The translations under genes and the position numbers were made by a program. From a virus (taxonomy: Duplodnaviria > Caudoviricetes): 64,000 bases of DNA. Within the stretch, counting starts at the first letter, position 1, and each line of letters opens with the position of its first letter. This document shows positions 30,605 to 42,400 of the stretch, one piece after another. The stretch is taken from the IMG/VR virus record IMGVR_UViG_3300033066_001283, positions 32,001-96,000 of that record; one strand, given 5' to 3'. The notes beneath the pieces are model-generated. The model made no database searches. It saw nothing but the letters and a program-made list of their open reading frames with translations, and was not told the origin of the DNA.

Positions 30605-30892
30605 TCAAGTAGAGGAAAGTGCTTGAATACTAAATTTTATTTTCATAGGTTCAGTATCTTCAATCTCATACGCCTTTAAGTAGAAGTAACTTAAGCCTTT
30701 AATTCCTTCATATTCGATAGCGTAGTTCTTAGAAGGACTTAACCTGCCTAAATCGGCAATTGCTTCTTCATCAACTAAGAACTCAAATTGCTCTTTATCT
30801 TGTGTTAAGCATTTAGCATTGAATACTAATTTCCTTTCCAGTAAATCTTCTAGTCCTGGAAGACCAGTTACTAATGAAACATATACTTTCAT
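30605..30892 (-). CDS. Hypothetical protein (start revised to MKVYVS at 30892)
   Basis: The ATG at 30892 overlaps the TAA of the glycosyltransferase gene (TAATG), as elsewhere in the window. Confidence 0.65.
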   Translation of the reverse strand: MKVYVSLVTGLPGLEDLLERKLVFNAKCLTQDKEQFEFLVDEEAIADLGRLSPSKNYAIEYEGIKGLSYFYLKAYEIEDTEPMKIKFSIQALSST

Positions 30893-33348
30893 TAGCCAAA
30901 TGCTCCCTCTCCACAACAAGATTTATACTTTCCACCTGAGTCACAAGGGCACGGATCATTTCTTCCCGCAGCGGCATAAGATTTATAGTATCTAGAATCC
31001 TTAATTACATCAGGAGGACCTACTTCCCCTCTAGCCACTTTCTCAGCCATAGCCTTCCAAGCTAGTGGCCAAAGATGGAAATTCTTCTCAAGAGAATACT
31101 GTTCAATGATTAAATCTCGACCCTTCTGCTTCATTGATTCTAACTTATCAGGATTATCAATCAAGAACTGAATAGCCTGTGCCCAAGTTCTAGCACAACC
31201 TTTTCCATTACCAACAGTTATTACCTTTCCTGGATGTTTTCTAGCAAACCTAGCATAGGGTCCAACATGGCTTGCAACCATAGCGGCTCCAGCGGCTGCA
31301 CCTTCTTCTATCTTAAGGCCTGAATTATGCTGTACAAATCCACCACCTAACCACTGTTCACCATCAGGAACAGAGATATCAAACACTTCATTCCTGCTTC
31401 TTTCAATTAAAACAATTGGATCAACAAAAGTAATAGGAACATATGCATTAGAATGGGGTCGAGAAATAATTGTTTTCATTCTCTCATTTTTTCTCTTACT
31501 CACAAAGCCAATTTCTCTATGAAAAATATCAGTATTTGCACGATTTAGATAAACTATACTTGCTTCATGAACACCATCATTTTGACATTTAACTGCTCTT
31601 CTATCAAGCTTAGCTACTATTCCAAATCCCAATAGAATTTCATGGACATCTTGCATTAACTTATGACTACAACTGGATATAGAACAACCACAGTCTTTAG
31701 ATACTGTACCATCTCCTTCAAACATTCCCTTTAAGAAAGCTGCAATTACACTCTTCTTTGATCTCCAGATAACATCAGGAATAGATAGTGTTTCTTTAGC
31801 TAGCTTTTTATTAGACTCAATACCCAATGATTTAAGAAATTCAGCCACAGGCTTAGATTGGACCGAAACATAAAACATATATCGATTGGTCGGTTGGTTT
31901 ATAGTTGGCTCTAATCCAACCATTCTAAGAAGATACACTATTCTATCTTTTACATCTTCATCTTGGCCAGAAACACAGATACTAATCTGTCCATTTTTCC
32001 CCACATGCCCATCACTTAGAATAAAGCCAAGTAGTTCAGCCCATATTTCATTTATTGTAATTATAGGTAACGAAGAGGCTAAGGTTTTATCAGACACCTT
32101 ACTATCTTTTCTAGTACAAGTCCAGAAGTATGGTACTTTAACATACGGAAGTTTATTTGAATGCTCAAATTGAGCTAGTTGAAGTTGATCACCAACTTGA
32201 AAATCCTTAGCATATTTCCAACCATTACCTCCGTCCTTTAATCTATGAGTTAAACTTACTTCAGTCTCAAACCCCCTCTTAGTGGTAATCTTAAGCGTAT
32301 CTTGAACTCCTGCTGAATAGAAATGAGTTGCAGATTTTACTCCATCTTGTGTATGAACATCCAACTTCAAAGGATAGAACATATCAGCTTCTCTTCCTTT
32401 ATGGAGATCTTCAATTTTAAAGATGCCTTTAGGAGTGTAAACCTTTGTACTTCCTACAACACATTTTGCTAGGTTAAATTGGCAGCTTAAAATTGGTGCT
32501 AATCCTATATCCCAAGCATGTAAACAAGTTGGGTGATCCATAAAATGCTTAGCCTCAATATGCTCAATCCTATCTTCAGGAATATCATAATGATTCTTAA
32601 ACCATTCAAACATTTGATAAGAAGAGTTAAATACAAAAAGCATATTAGGATTCTTCTCAAGAAGAGTCTTTATTGAAGATCCAATTAGTTTAAGGTCAGG
32701 AACGTGGGTCATACCACCACCCCAGCCAACTACAATCTTATCCTTCCAACGTTCTGGCCTAACAAATTCTTTCTTAGTAAAGATTGGATAACCATTATCC
32801 CACTGAACATCTACTCCCCAATCTCTAAAGCTAAAATCAATATAGTTATCTAAAACTGATACATTTCTATTCCACTGGTAGTACCACTTAGCAATTTCTG
32901 GAGTTGTAGTAGTAAATCCATGACAAGCTTCAATAACCTTAGGAAGCATCTTTAATTCTGGTGATCCAGGATGATAAGATACATATGCTGGTGATTCTGG
33001 AAGAACTGAATGAAGATCGTCGTCCAGCTCAAACACTAGCAATTTACCTTCCCATGCAACATGTCTGATAGTTTCATATACTTCTTTAGAGTGCTGCCTA
33101 GGAACAATAATTACATCGTGTTTAAAGAAATCATCCATTGAATGGAATGACGAATAGTGTACATCAGCACCATGCATCTTCAACATATGCAGAGGATTAA
33201 TAACTCTATAGTGGCCACAAGCAGAGGTATCCGCTACAAGACCTAATACTTTTAATCCTTTAAATCTATCACTAACTACTATATCTGGGTGGCCAGCTCT
33301 TTTAGGTGCTAAAAGAGTTTGCTTCTCTCTCTCAATTACTTCATTCAT
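30892..33348 (-). CDS. GT-B fold glycosyltransferase precursor with intein and C-terminal SEC-C motif; about 438 aa spliced
   Basis: ACGHYRVINPL, FELDDDL, VGWGGGMTHVPDL, DIGLAPIL..FNLAK|SGLKIEE...MVASHVGPY; C-terminal GRNDPCPCDSGGKYKSCCG. Confidence 0.88.
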   Translation of the reverse strand: MNEVIEREKQTLLAPKRAGHPDIVVSDRFKGLKVLGLVADTSACGHYRVINPLHMLKMHGADVHYSSFHSMDDFFKHDVIIVPRQHSKEVYETIRHVAWEGKLLVFELDDDLHSVLPESPAYVSYHPGSPELKMLPKVIEACHGFTTTTPEIAKWYYQWNRNVSVLDNYIDFSFRDWGVDVQWDNGYPIFTKKEFVRPERWKDKIVVGWGGGMTHVPDLKLIGSSIKTLLEKNPNMLFVFNSSYQMFEWFKNHYDIPEDRIEHIEAKHFMDHPTCLHAWDIGLAPILSCQFNLAKCVVGSTKVYTPKGIFKIEDLHKGREADMFYPLKLDVHTQDGVKSATHFYSAGVQDTLKITTKRGFETEVSLTHRLKDGGNGWKYAKDFQVGDQLQLAQFEHSNKLPYVKVPYFWTCTRKDSKVSDKTLASSLPIITINEIWAELLGFILSDGHVGKNGQISICVSGQDEDVKDRIVYLLRMVGLEPTINQPTNRYMFYVSVQSKPVAEFLKSLGIESNKKLAKETLSIPDVIWRSKKSVIAAFLKGMFEGDGTVSKDCGCSISSCSHKLMQDVHEILLGFGIVAKLDRRAVKCQNDGVHEASIVYLNRANTDIFHREIGFVSKRKNERMKTIISRPHSNAYVPITFVDPIVLIERSRNEVFDISVPDGEQWLGGGFVQHNSGLKIEEGAAAGAAMVASHVGPYARFARKHPGKVITVGNGKGCARTWAQAIQFLIDNPDKLESMKQKGRDLIIEQYSLEKNFHLWPLAWKAMAEKVARGEVGPPDVIKDSRYYKSYAAAGRNDPCPCDSGGKYKSCCGEGAFG
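31324..32463 (-). mobile_element. Intein (380 aa, class 1) with LAGLIDADG homing endonuclease, in the glycosyltransferase
   Basis: CVVGSTKV start, SLTHRL, LLGFILSDG, FLKGMFEGDG, VFDISV, VQHN/S end. Confidence 0.93.
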
Positions 33349-33366
33349 AGCACTATAATTGTAGAA

Positions 33367-33780
33367 TTAACTGGGAATTATTTCCGCCCTGGAATATACT
33401 AATCCTTTTCTCATATCAAGCCTAGATTGAATCTGTACAGTTTTAGCTAAATCTTCCACTGATGAAAACTCAACTAATATTAATACTTCATTTTCTGATA
33501 ATGATATAGCAGTGACGTCAGGAAAGAATAGTAAGTCATCAAATGTTAATGCTTCTAACACTCTAGATTCTATTGCACTATGAACTAAGTCTTCATTAGG
33601 TGCACCAATAAAGTCTTCTAAACTACAGCCAATTCCAGGAGATAATATCCAGTCTCCCTTAGTAGTCTTCAGTCTAAATATAACTTCTTGTGCAATTTGT
33701 TCGTCACCAGAGACTAATAGAAAATCTCCGTTATCTCCTACTTGAACATCTCCTGAATCATTTGTAAGAATGTCTATCAT
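33367..33780 (-). CDS. gp25/GPW-like baseplate wedge protein
   Basis: GDFLLVSGDEQIAQEVIFRLKTTKGDWILSPGIGCSLEDFIG is the gp25-like pattern. Confidence 0.8.
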   Translation of the reverse strand: MIDILTNDSGDVQVGDNGDFLLVSGDEQIAQEVIFRLKTTKGDWILSPGIGCSLEDFIGAPNEDLVHSAIESRVLEALTFDDLLFFPDVTAISLSENEVLILVEFSSVEDLAKTVQIQSRLDMRKGLVYSRAEIIPS

Positions 33781-34304
33781 TTTGCTACTCCTTGTATAGC
33801 TTTAGAAATAAAATCACCTAATGATGTTGTATAATCTGGAAGCATCTGAGAGATAAGTTCATCCTCAAAGATTTTAGTTCTCTCTATCATACTTTCTAAA
33901 GACACAGTATTAATTACACGATTATTAACTACTACTGATTTATCAGTAAGTAAATACACTTTGCTAAGATCTCCCTTAGGAGATAAAACTTCTTTACCTG
34001 AAAAGACTTTAGTGTTGAAGGTTTTACCTAGGATCTTAAAATTCTCGATATGCTTTGAATTCAAATAAATATTATCAGCAGCTACTACATAGTCTTTACC
34101 AAGATTGTATATATCACCATTAGTACTCAGAAGTACTCTAGCCTTTGCTGCATACAAATCTAATTGTCCTTGGTCTCTACAAACAATTCCAATGGGACCA
34201 TTAGGATGTTTAATTCCTATTTCCCTTGCTGAGTAGTTAAAGGCAATGTGCTTTAAATACTTATCACTAACAGCTTGTGTAAATTGTTGAATAAGACCTT
34301 TCAT
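33777..34304 (-). CDS. Putative baseplate spike/assembly protein
   Basis: Short beta repeats (IGIKHP...GQLDLYA...GDIY); sits just before the gp25-like gene. Confidence 0.4.
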   Translation of the reverse strand: MKGLIQQFTQAVSDKYLKHIAFNYSAREIGIKHPNGPIGIVCRDQGQLDLYAAKARVLLSTNGDIYNLGKDYVVAADNIYLNSKHIENFKILGKTFNTKVFSGKEVLSPKGDLSKVYLLTDKSVVVNNRVINTVSLESMIERTKIFEDELISQMLPDYTTSLGDFISKAIQGVAK

Positions 34305-35116
34305 TAGAATTTAATAGTTCCACCAGCAATACCGGGAACAGAGATTGACGGCGGCGTTAACTTGACATTAGTATATTTCTGGAATACGCTAGTAAGACTT
34401 ATAGCTTCAGGAGACTTAGAAGCATTAATTGGTTGACCAGTATTAATATCTATCCCTGCTATTAAATCATATAACTGTGCTATAAATTTATAAACACCTA
34501 ACTGTTGATTGCTAATAACATGTGTTCCAGTTCTAATCATTTTACCATAGTATGATCTACCTGATTCACTAGATGTAAATTCTTTACCTGTAGCTGGATC
34601 TATACCTGGTACTTTAACTGGAGAAGCATCAGTGCCAGTAGGAGAGTTATCAGCAGTATCTTGTGGAGTTTGGCTTACATTATGAATGGGATTTATTTGT
34701 CGTCTATGCATATCATAGACTATAGGGTTAGGATTATTAGCTCCATTATGAATCATTTGAGCTTCGTTAATAGCAGTATCAGCATCATCAGCAGCTAGAC
34801 TCTTAGTTTTACCTGTTTCATCACCATATTGAGAAGTAGCATTAGGATTAATATATGCCTGTGTTTCCTTAGACGCCCCAGGCTGCTTTACAACAATAGC
34901 AATACCAGTCTTGATAGTATCTCCATGATCATTTAAAGTATTCTGTGCTTGAGCAAGAGTAATATTGTTTATAGCGTAATAATAAGGATTATCATATAGT
35001 TGATGAGAAATAACTGATAGAGCATTAATAGCTACTCCAGTAGATGAACTCCTATAGAAATCTTGAGATTCATTAGCTCGTTGATCAATTTTCTGCCTAA
35101 ATATACTTGGTAACAT
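34304..35116 (-). CDS. Hypothetical baseplate-region protein
   Basis: 270-aa ORF coupled on both sides by TAATG overlaps. Confidence 0.5.
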   Translation of the reverse strand: MLPSIFRQKIDQRANESQDFYRSSSTGVAINALSVISHQLYDNPYYYAINNITLAQAQNTLNDHGDTIKTGIAIVVKQPGASKETQAYINPNATSQYGDETGKTKSLAADDADTAINEAQMIHNGANNPNPIVYDMHRRQINPIHNVSQTPQDTADNSPTGTDASPVKVPGIDPATGKEFTSSESGRSYYGKMIRTGTHVISNQQLGVYKFIAQLYDLIAGIDINTGQPINASKSPEAISLTSVFQKYTNVKLTPPSISVPGIAGGTIKF

Positions 35117-35751
35117 TATCTACCTACCTTTGTAGCCCAATGAACATACACTATATCATATTTAGATACGTGTCTCGTCTTATTAAACACACCTTGAACC
35201 CAAGACTTTCCTGGTTCAGTAGTATTTCCTTCGATTGTATAAATTGTATCTCCTGGTCCAACTCCAGTTACGATTCCAGTATGTGAAATAGGAGACTTAA
35301 TAGTGAAGATATCTCCAACTCTAGGAGTTCCATCAGCTATTTGATTTCTAATTCCCCACGCTCTCATTTCACTAGTAGAGCCAGTTCTAGGTAAAGGATT
35401 GGGAATTCCTTCTTGCTTACAAGCCTGTCCTACAGCCCAATATGCAAATGCAACACACCATGCTTCACCAGAACTTAAGCCAACAGTTTTCTGAAATTCA
35501 GCTATAGCGGCACCTGAGTTATTTCCTATTTCTAGGGTTCCTACTTTAGATTGTGCAAATTGAAGTACTGAAGAGATTAATGAACTAACTTGAACATTAG
35601 AATTGGGAGAATACACTGAGTTAGTAGTATTAACACCTGTACCAACTACAGCAGAGTTAATAATCTTAGAGAATGGATCTCCCAAAGATAGATTATCTCT
35701 AACTTGATCTAACTTAATACTCAATCTTTCTTTAAGCTTTTCCATATCCAT
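35116..35751 (-). CDS. CHAP-domain peptidoglycan hydrolase
   Basis: AWCVAFAYWA (catalytic Cys), PRVGDIF, SHTGIV (catalytic His), TIEGNT. Confidence 0.9.
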   Translation of the reverse strand: MDMEKLKERLSIKLDQVRDNLSLGDPFSKIINSAVVGTGVNTTNSVYSPNSNVQVSSLISSVLQFAQSKVGTLEIGNNSGAAIAEFQKTVGLSSGEAWCVAFAYWAVGQACKQEGIPNPLPRTGSTSEMRAWGIRNQIADGTPRVGDIFTIKSPISHTGIVTGVGPGDTIYTIEGNTTEPGKSWVQGVFNKTRHVSKYDIVYVHWATKVGR

Positions 35752-36440
35752 TATACTAACCCACAGAATATTTTCAAATGGCTAAGTCTATTCATCCAAC
35801 CATTATGATTGGCAGGCCAACCACCACTCTTTACTGATCCTGGAATAGACTGCAAATACTTTATCTGTAATTCTATTGCTTGCTTCGCAACCTCCAATGG
35901 ATTAGTAGTGTTTTTATTATCTCTAATAAATGATATGACAGAACGATTAGTACCGAGGTAGTGAATGTCTAGGAAAATAGCATCTAATGGAACTGGGTAT
36001 GAGGGGCATCCATATTTAAGCCAGTAATTCTTATATACTATTTCACTAGCTTCAGCAGAAGTAATATTCTTAACTGACTGTTGTGGTAAGCCTTTAGATT
36101 TTCTATAAGGATCATAGTCTAGGACTTGTTCAACTCCATACCTACTAGCAGAGTTTCCTCCACCAGCATTATATTCACTACCTTCAACACCATCCTGAAT
36201 CAAGTACTGAAACACTTCCTGAAATCTTCCTGATGAATTAGATGCAGAACCAGCTGCAAATTGAGATGTTATAACTCCTTTCTTATTTGGCACAATATTT
36301 ACTCCTGCAACCATAGGACTAGATACTCCAGTGACTCCTGTATAAGGAAACTTATTACCTAATCCCAAATTATTTCTAGTTTGGTTTAGTTTACTGTTTA
36401 ATATTTTAATGAGATCGTTGGATTCCGGCATTAGTTTCAT
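35751..36440 (-). CDS. GH108-like lysozyme (glycosyl hydrolase family 108)
   Basis: VEG..., SRYGV, VKNITSAEASEIVYKNYW, FLD and C-terminal GWMNRL. Confidence 0.75.
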   Translation of the reverse strand: MKLMPESNDLIKILNSKLNQTRNNLGLGNKFPYTGVTGVSSPMVAGVNIVPNKKGVITSQFAAGSASNSSGRFQEVFQYLIQDGVEGSEYNAGGGNSASRYGVEQVLDYDPYRKSKGLPQQSVKNITSAEASEIVYKNYWLKYGCPSYPVPLDAIFLDIHYLGTNRSVISFIRDNKNTTNPLEVAKQAIELQIKYLQSIPGSVKSGGWPANHNGWMNRLSHLKIFCGLV

Positions 36441-39400
36441 TATCCTCTTCTAAAGATTTCATATAAGCTCTGTCAGCAGGATGCTCTACAAACTCTGGAG
36501 GCTTAACTCCTAAGAATGAAGCAATTGTAGCACTTGCAAATGGAATCCATCCTGCACCAGCTGACGGATCAAGATAGTTATGTATAAGTTTATCAGCCCA
36601 AGAAGGAGTATCTCCTACAACTGCACCTTGATGACCTCTAATACCAGCAGTAAAGGGCAATCTACCTGCTCTTAGTGGATAAATTATACCCACTTTTCTA
36701 GCTGCCAACCTAGCATTAAATCCTTCTATCAGGGCATTACCAATAATCAATTTAGTTGCGTCTATAGCAAAACTAATAATTGCTTGTGGTCCAGCATACC
36801 CAACCAATCTTCCACCAGCATAAAGATCTTTACCAATCTCCCAACTATCAGTTGCTAACTTCTTAAGATCTGTAGTAACTTTTTCTAATGCTCTAGCTCT
36901 AGCAGCAGCCTTATCTATTCCTTCTCCTTCTTTAGCCATAGCTCTAACTTCTTCTTGCCATTTATATATTTTTTTAATTCCTCCTACAACAGAGCTTTCA
37001 CTAACTGCTGCGTCCTCTGCAGTTGTAATTACTTGACCTGCAGCCTTTAATGGGAATGTTAAAAGTGAGAAGGATTCCTCCACGATTTGTAAGGGAGTTT
37101 GAGCATTACCTATTCTGTTAACCATTGCTAGCTCAGCACCAGAATCTTTAAGAATCTGAAGAGCTGTTCTAACATTTGTTCCCGAACTTATGAGAAATTC
37201 CCCTTCTTTGGCATCTCTAACAGCAATATCACTAGTTCTGATAATACCAATATTTCTAGACATTTCTGCTTCTTTAGCTGCATTTCCTACGATATTTTTT
37301 ATTCCATCATTAGATAGATTAGTTTGAATCCATTTTGAAGCTTCAGCAATTTCATCGGCTGAATATGGATTAGCAGTTACTATACCACCTTGGTTAAGAG
37401 TAATAAAGAGAGACTTTTCAGATGCCTCATATTTATTAATAGCTTCTAAAGCTTCCGCTTCAGAATTAAATAGTGTTCTAAATACACCTCGTTTGGCTTG
37501 AGCTTTATATTCATCAACCTTAATTTTAAGGCGTTCGTCAGCTTTAATAATATCAAAAAGAACTTGATCTTCAACGTTAGCAGCTTTCACAGTAGGACTA
37601 ATGCCAATTCCTGTATTTATATCAGCAACAGCTTTAATTTCTGTTGCTCTATCAATTTCTATAGACTTCTGACGAAGCTCATCTATTTGCTTAGTTATCT
37701 TTACTCTATCTTCAGCTTTAAGCTTACTTTTATCTTTATCAGTAAGAACCTTTAATTTCTTTTCAAGTGCTTCTTTGGAAGCTTTCTTATACTCTACTAA
37801 GTATTGATCCTTAATATTAGTATTCTTAGCCTTATGCAGAAGAGCATCATATTGATTAGTGTTACCAATTTTCTTAAATTGAGCTTTCCTATTAAGCTTT
37901 CCTTTAATTTGACCAACGGTTGATGCCCACATTATACGCATTGCCATATAATGCATTAGTCTAGTACCAAAGGTAGATAGGCTGATAACATGGCTTTTGC
38001 CAACTAAGCTATTTGCAGGAAGAACTACAGCATCTGGAGATACCATAGTAATGAATCCAGTTTGTGCATCCATTCGATGAATCACTTCTTTTACTAGTAC
38101 TGGACCCCTTAAATCGTAAATATGATCTGAGAATTCAATTAAATCTCGAGGCTTAATAGATGCACATCCTAACATTGTAAACCAGCCTTGGTACATCTCT
38201 TTAACTGAGTCTAGTAGTGCATTAATTACACCATTATTAATCGCAGGTGTTGTTGGTGAAGCACTAAAATACTCTTGAGCCTCTTTTGCCAATAAGCCGC
38301 CTACAACAGGAAGATAGCTAATACCTTTAGCTAAAGTATTTGCAATACCCTCCCAACCAGCCTGTGTTTGAGTTAGGTTAATCCCAGTATCTACTAGCAT
38401 AGTCTTTCTATCAGATTGTGTAATATCACAATCTAAAGAATAAGTAATAGTTTTAACTGCAGCTTCTTTAGTTCCAAATCCTGACCAAGAATGTAATCCA
38501 ATAGCATCTGTAGCCATATTAGATGAATCAGCAATAATATTAACATCTAGCAAGTTGATAGCTGAGCTTGCAATATACATCTGCATATATGGCTTGTATT
38601 TTAGATGGGTAACTAATTCATTAACATCTCTTACAAAGTCTATTTTATCAAAATCAGGTAAAACTAATTCTTTACCGTCAACCTTTGTAGTAGCTGTAGC
38701 TTCAGTTACAGCCCCATTAGAAAGCACATTCGTGCCTCCATAGGAAACTTCTCCCTGAAGGGTTAAACTTTTGCTTCTACTATCATATTTTAATATTTGG
38801 CCATGCTTAAGTTGCAAATTAAATATAGTAGTAAGACTAGCTAACTGTCTAGCATTTCGACTTAATGACCCACCACCAAATGCGTCTATACTATTAGTAT
38901 AATCGGCTATTTCATTACTAGTAACTCTTACAAGGTTAACATATAAATATTCTTTACCCTTCTGTGCATTCTCAATATTAGAATATATTCTGGGGAGTAA
39001 AGCTGCTATTGTATCAATCTCACTACCTAATGCTTTAATTGCCTCTTGATTAGTAGGAGGGTTAGCATCAGAGAAGGGCATACCAGTTAGCGTAGAGAAA
39101 GGAATAAAAGGAATATAGCCTTTAGACACTGGTGTTCCATTAGGACCGTCATTACTATTGGGAGTTTTTACATTAGTATCTAGTTTTAGGTTCTCTGCTG
39201 GAACTGATAAAATGGATTCATCATAGGTATAGTGATATGGGTACCACCATTTACCAAAGAATAGAGTTGATCTTGTACAGAAGGGCTCTGGTGAGGCTAC
39301 AAACTCGTGTGTAGCTCTTCTACAAACTTCTATAACTTTCCATGGGGAAGGCTCATGGACGTCTACAGAGAAGAGATTACGGTCATTGTTATAGGTAGTT

Positions 39401-42400
39401 AACCCTAGAACAAAGTTAAACATTTCAAATGCAGGTAACCCTTGTTCAAGTTTTGAAGGTGCAGATGAGTATATATTTATCTGCATCTCAGCAGGGTGAT
39501 GTAAAAAGTTTTGACCGTAGTATACTTCACCAAAGTGCGCTATTCCTGAAGAGAAATCTCTGAAGTTTCCACCAAATATATTAGTTACAATATTTGGACC
39601 AAGAATTGATTCTACAACAATTGAAGAAGGATCCTTTCCAGCTCCTCCAAAAGCTCCATCAGAGTAAGCATATGAACCATTAGCTTGTGTAAGTTTTGTG
39701 GTAGCTTGCTTCTCTAGTTCAGCTCCATCACCCACAGCAGTTACAGTCAGGTAACCCTCTTGTACTGGAGCTTCAACTACTTGCCCATTAAATACAACAG
39801 GCAATGCACTCGCATCACACCCATATCCCATTCTTACATGTAGTCTTGCACCTGTAGTTAAAACTAATTGCTTTAGTTGATTTTCTCTCCAAATTTTAAT
39901 AACTTCTTGCGGAACATCTTTAACAATTACTTCACTAAACAGATGCCGAACAACATTAACTAAAGCACCATCAGAAATTTCTTTACCAGTTCTTTCATTC
40001 TTTCTTACAAAAAGATCCTGTTGCATAGCTTCCTGCTGGGCATAGGAAGTTAAGTAGTAGAACATATTACTGAAAGTTACTGAACAGGTGCTTGCAGCTT
40101 GATGTCTAGATTTAAATACATCGATAGAAGCAATACCAGTTCTTGTGTAGAAATGATCCCACAATCTTTTATTACCTGCATTCCAATACCAACCTTCGTT
40201 AATAATTAATACTGAAAATGATGGGAATGCTCCAACCAGTCTTCCAAATGGAGAGTACTTCTGCATATCTAGAAGTGCTCCACCAATCGCAACTTCAGTA
40301 GAAGGATCTAGTGCAGATTTAAGCTTCTTAGTTTGAGAAATTAATATCCTAAGTGCCTCTTTAGGATCCTGATCATTATTTAATCCAGCAGCTGCAGCAT
40401 CAGCGTAAATAGGATAAGCTTTAGCTGTATCAGTATAGATCTTACCTCTTTTTTTAGATGGGAAGAAAGAAGTATCAAAATATTTAGGCTTATCTTCCAA
40501 GGCATAATCATCTGTAAATAAAACTAGTGGGCTCAATCCAAAGAAGTATGGGTCCTTTGCTTCAAAATCTACATAAGCTCCATAGACTCTGCAGAGATTG
40601 ATATATGTTGAATAGAAAACATCAACATATACTCCAGCTCTATCGTACGTATTAAGAATTTCCGCAATAATATTAGCGCCTTTATCAGACAGGTCATAAT
40701 CTTTTATTTTATTCTTAATGTCCTCAATAATACTAGACTTAATCTCATTTTCATCTCTATAGGTACTACAGTTTGGATCAAACCACATCATAGTAGCCAT
40801 TAAGACAATTGATGGAATATTATTAAAGTAGCTTTGATAAGCCTTATATCTTTCACAGAATTTATCTAGAATTAACTCCTTAGCTGGTTGACCGCCTTTC
40901 TGAAGAACATCTTTATCAGTATCGTCATCAATAAGAATATTGGAAGCAAAATCTCCAAACGCTTCTGTATTATTGGGCTTATTAATTCTATACTGTCCAT
41001 AATTATCTCGAGCTAAAAATACTGCTCTTAGAATATGAGGATCAATATTAAACTCTTTACCCTTTCTATTAAAGAGCTTATAATCCTCATCAACACCATT
41101 TCCAGACTGGAACCAACGATTATTTATAGCATTATAATAGACCCAAGAACTACGCTTTGCTACCCCTGCATCTATATCTGGAATAGGATTGAAATTTTCA
41201 TTAGACTGGAAGGAAGAAAGAACAGCTTTTTCTATATCACTAACATCTATTTTTGCTATTTCAGACATCTCAACTTTACGAGTGCCACCATCAGTAGTCA
41301 ATCCAGAGAATTCTTTATTAGCGACCGCATACTCTCTACCTATACCTAAAAATCTATCAGTATTAGGAATACTAATTGGAGCAGATGCAGATAATTTGGC
41401 AAATGCAGATCTCCATGCATAACTAAAGTATCTTGTAGTAGTTATATTTGATTTAGGACTTTGACTATTTGGATCCTGGAGATTAGCATTAGGTCCTTTA
41501 GCTAATTCCTTATCAGCTTCTTTCGCAATTATAATAGATTCAGATTTCTTAGCAGCATCAGATTGAAGATCAACCCACCATGATCCTTCTACTGCTCTAT
41601 CATCTAATGGTTGAGTAACATTAGTCTTAATAACTTCTTTTACATTGGGAACAAGTAACTTATCACCATTCTTATCTGCATTAAACATTCTGGTGTTATA
41701 AGTATTTTCAGGATCAATATGATTCTTATTAACTGCTAGATACTCTGGCATCTCTACTGAAGAAATACCATATTCAGGAGAATATTCAGTATAGAAATCA
41801 GTTTTATCTGTTTTACCTGAAGCTTCACCTACGTTATTAAACTTACCAAATTGATCTGTAGCAACAATATGAAAGGCATGCTGGAAGCTATCTTTAGCTC
41901 CATAATAGCAGTAGAAATCTGGATCAACTCTAGCTCCTGGAAGTGCTTGAGAGTAGGCTGAAGGTGCATCATCCCAAGTAGCAATTAAGTTATAATCTCT
42001 TTCTATAAACTCTCGACAATGCTCAAATATTACTTGCTCTTCTGGAGTAAGTTTTAGAGTTAATGCTTCTATACCCGTTACAGTAGCCCACTTATTTTTC
42101 TTATATTCAGTAGCGATCATTCTAAGGGTATTAACCCAGAAATAAAGCTCATTCTTAGTGGGAAGCTGCATATCAGGATAAACTTCCTGCTCTGCTAAGG
42201 CACCTTGAAGAGAAAACCATTCTAATCCTTTCTGAAGAATAGGATTCCAGTTAGGGTCAGAATTAAATCCGTATTCAGCTACACGATTCATTGAGTTAAA
42301 TGTTGTAGGTAGAAATTGGACTCTTTCAGCTTTCTTTAAAGCAACATCATAGTCAATAAGATTAAAAGAGAAATTCCATACATTGGGCTGCTGGTCTGTA

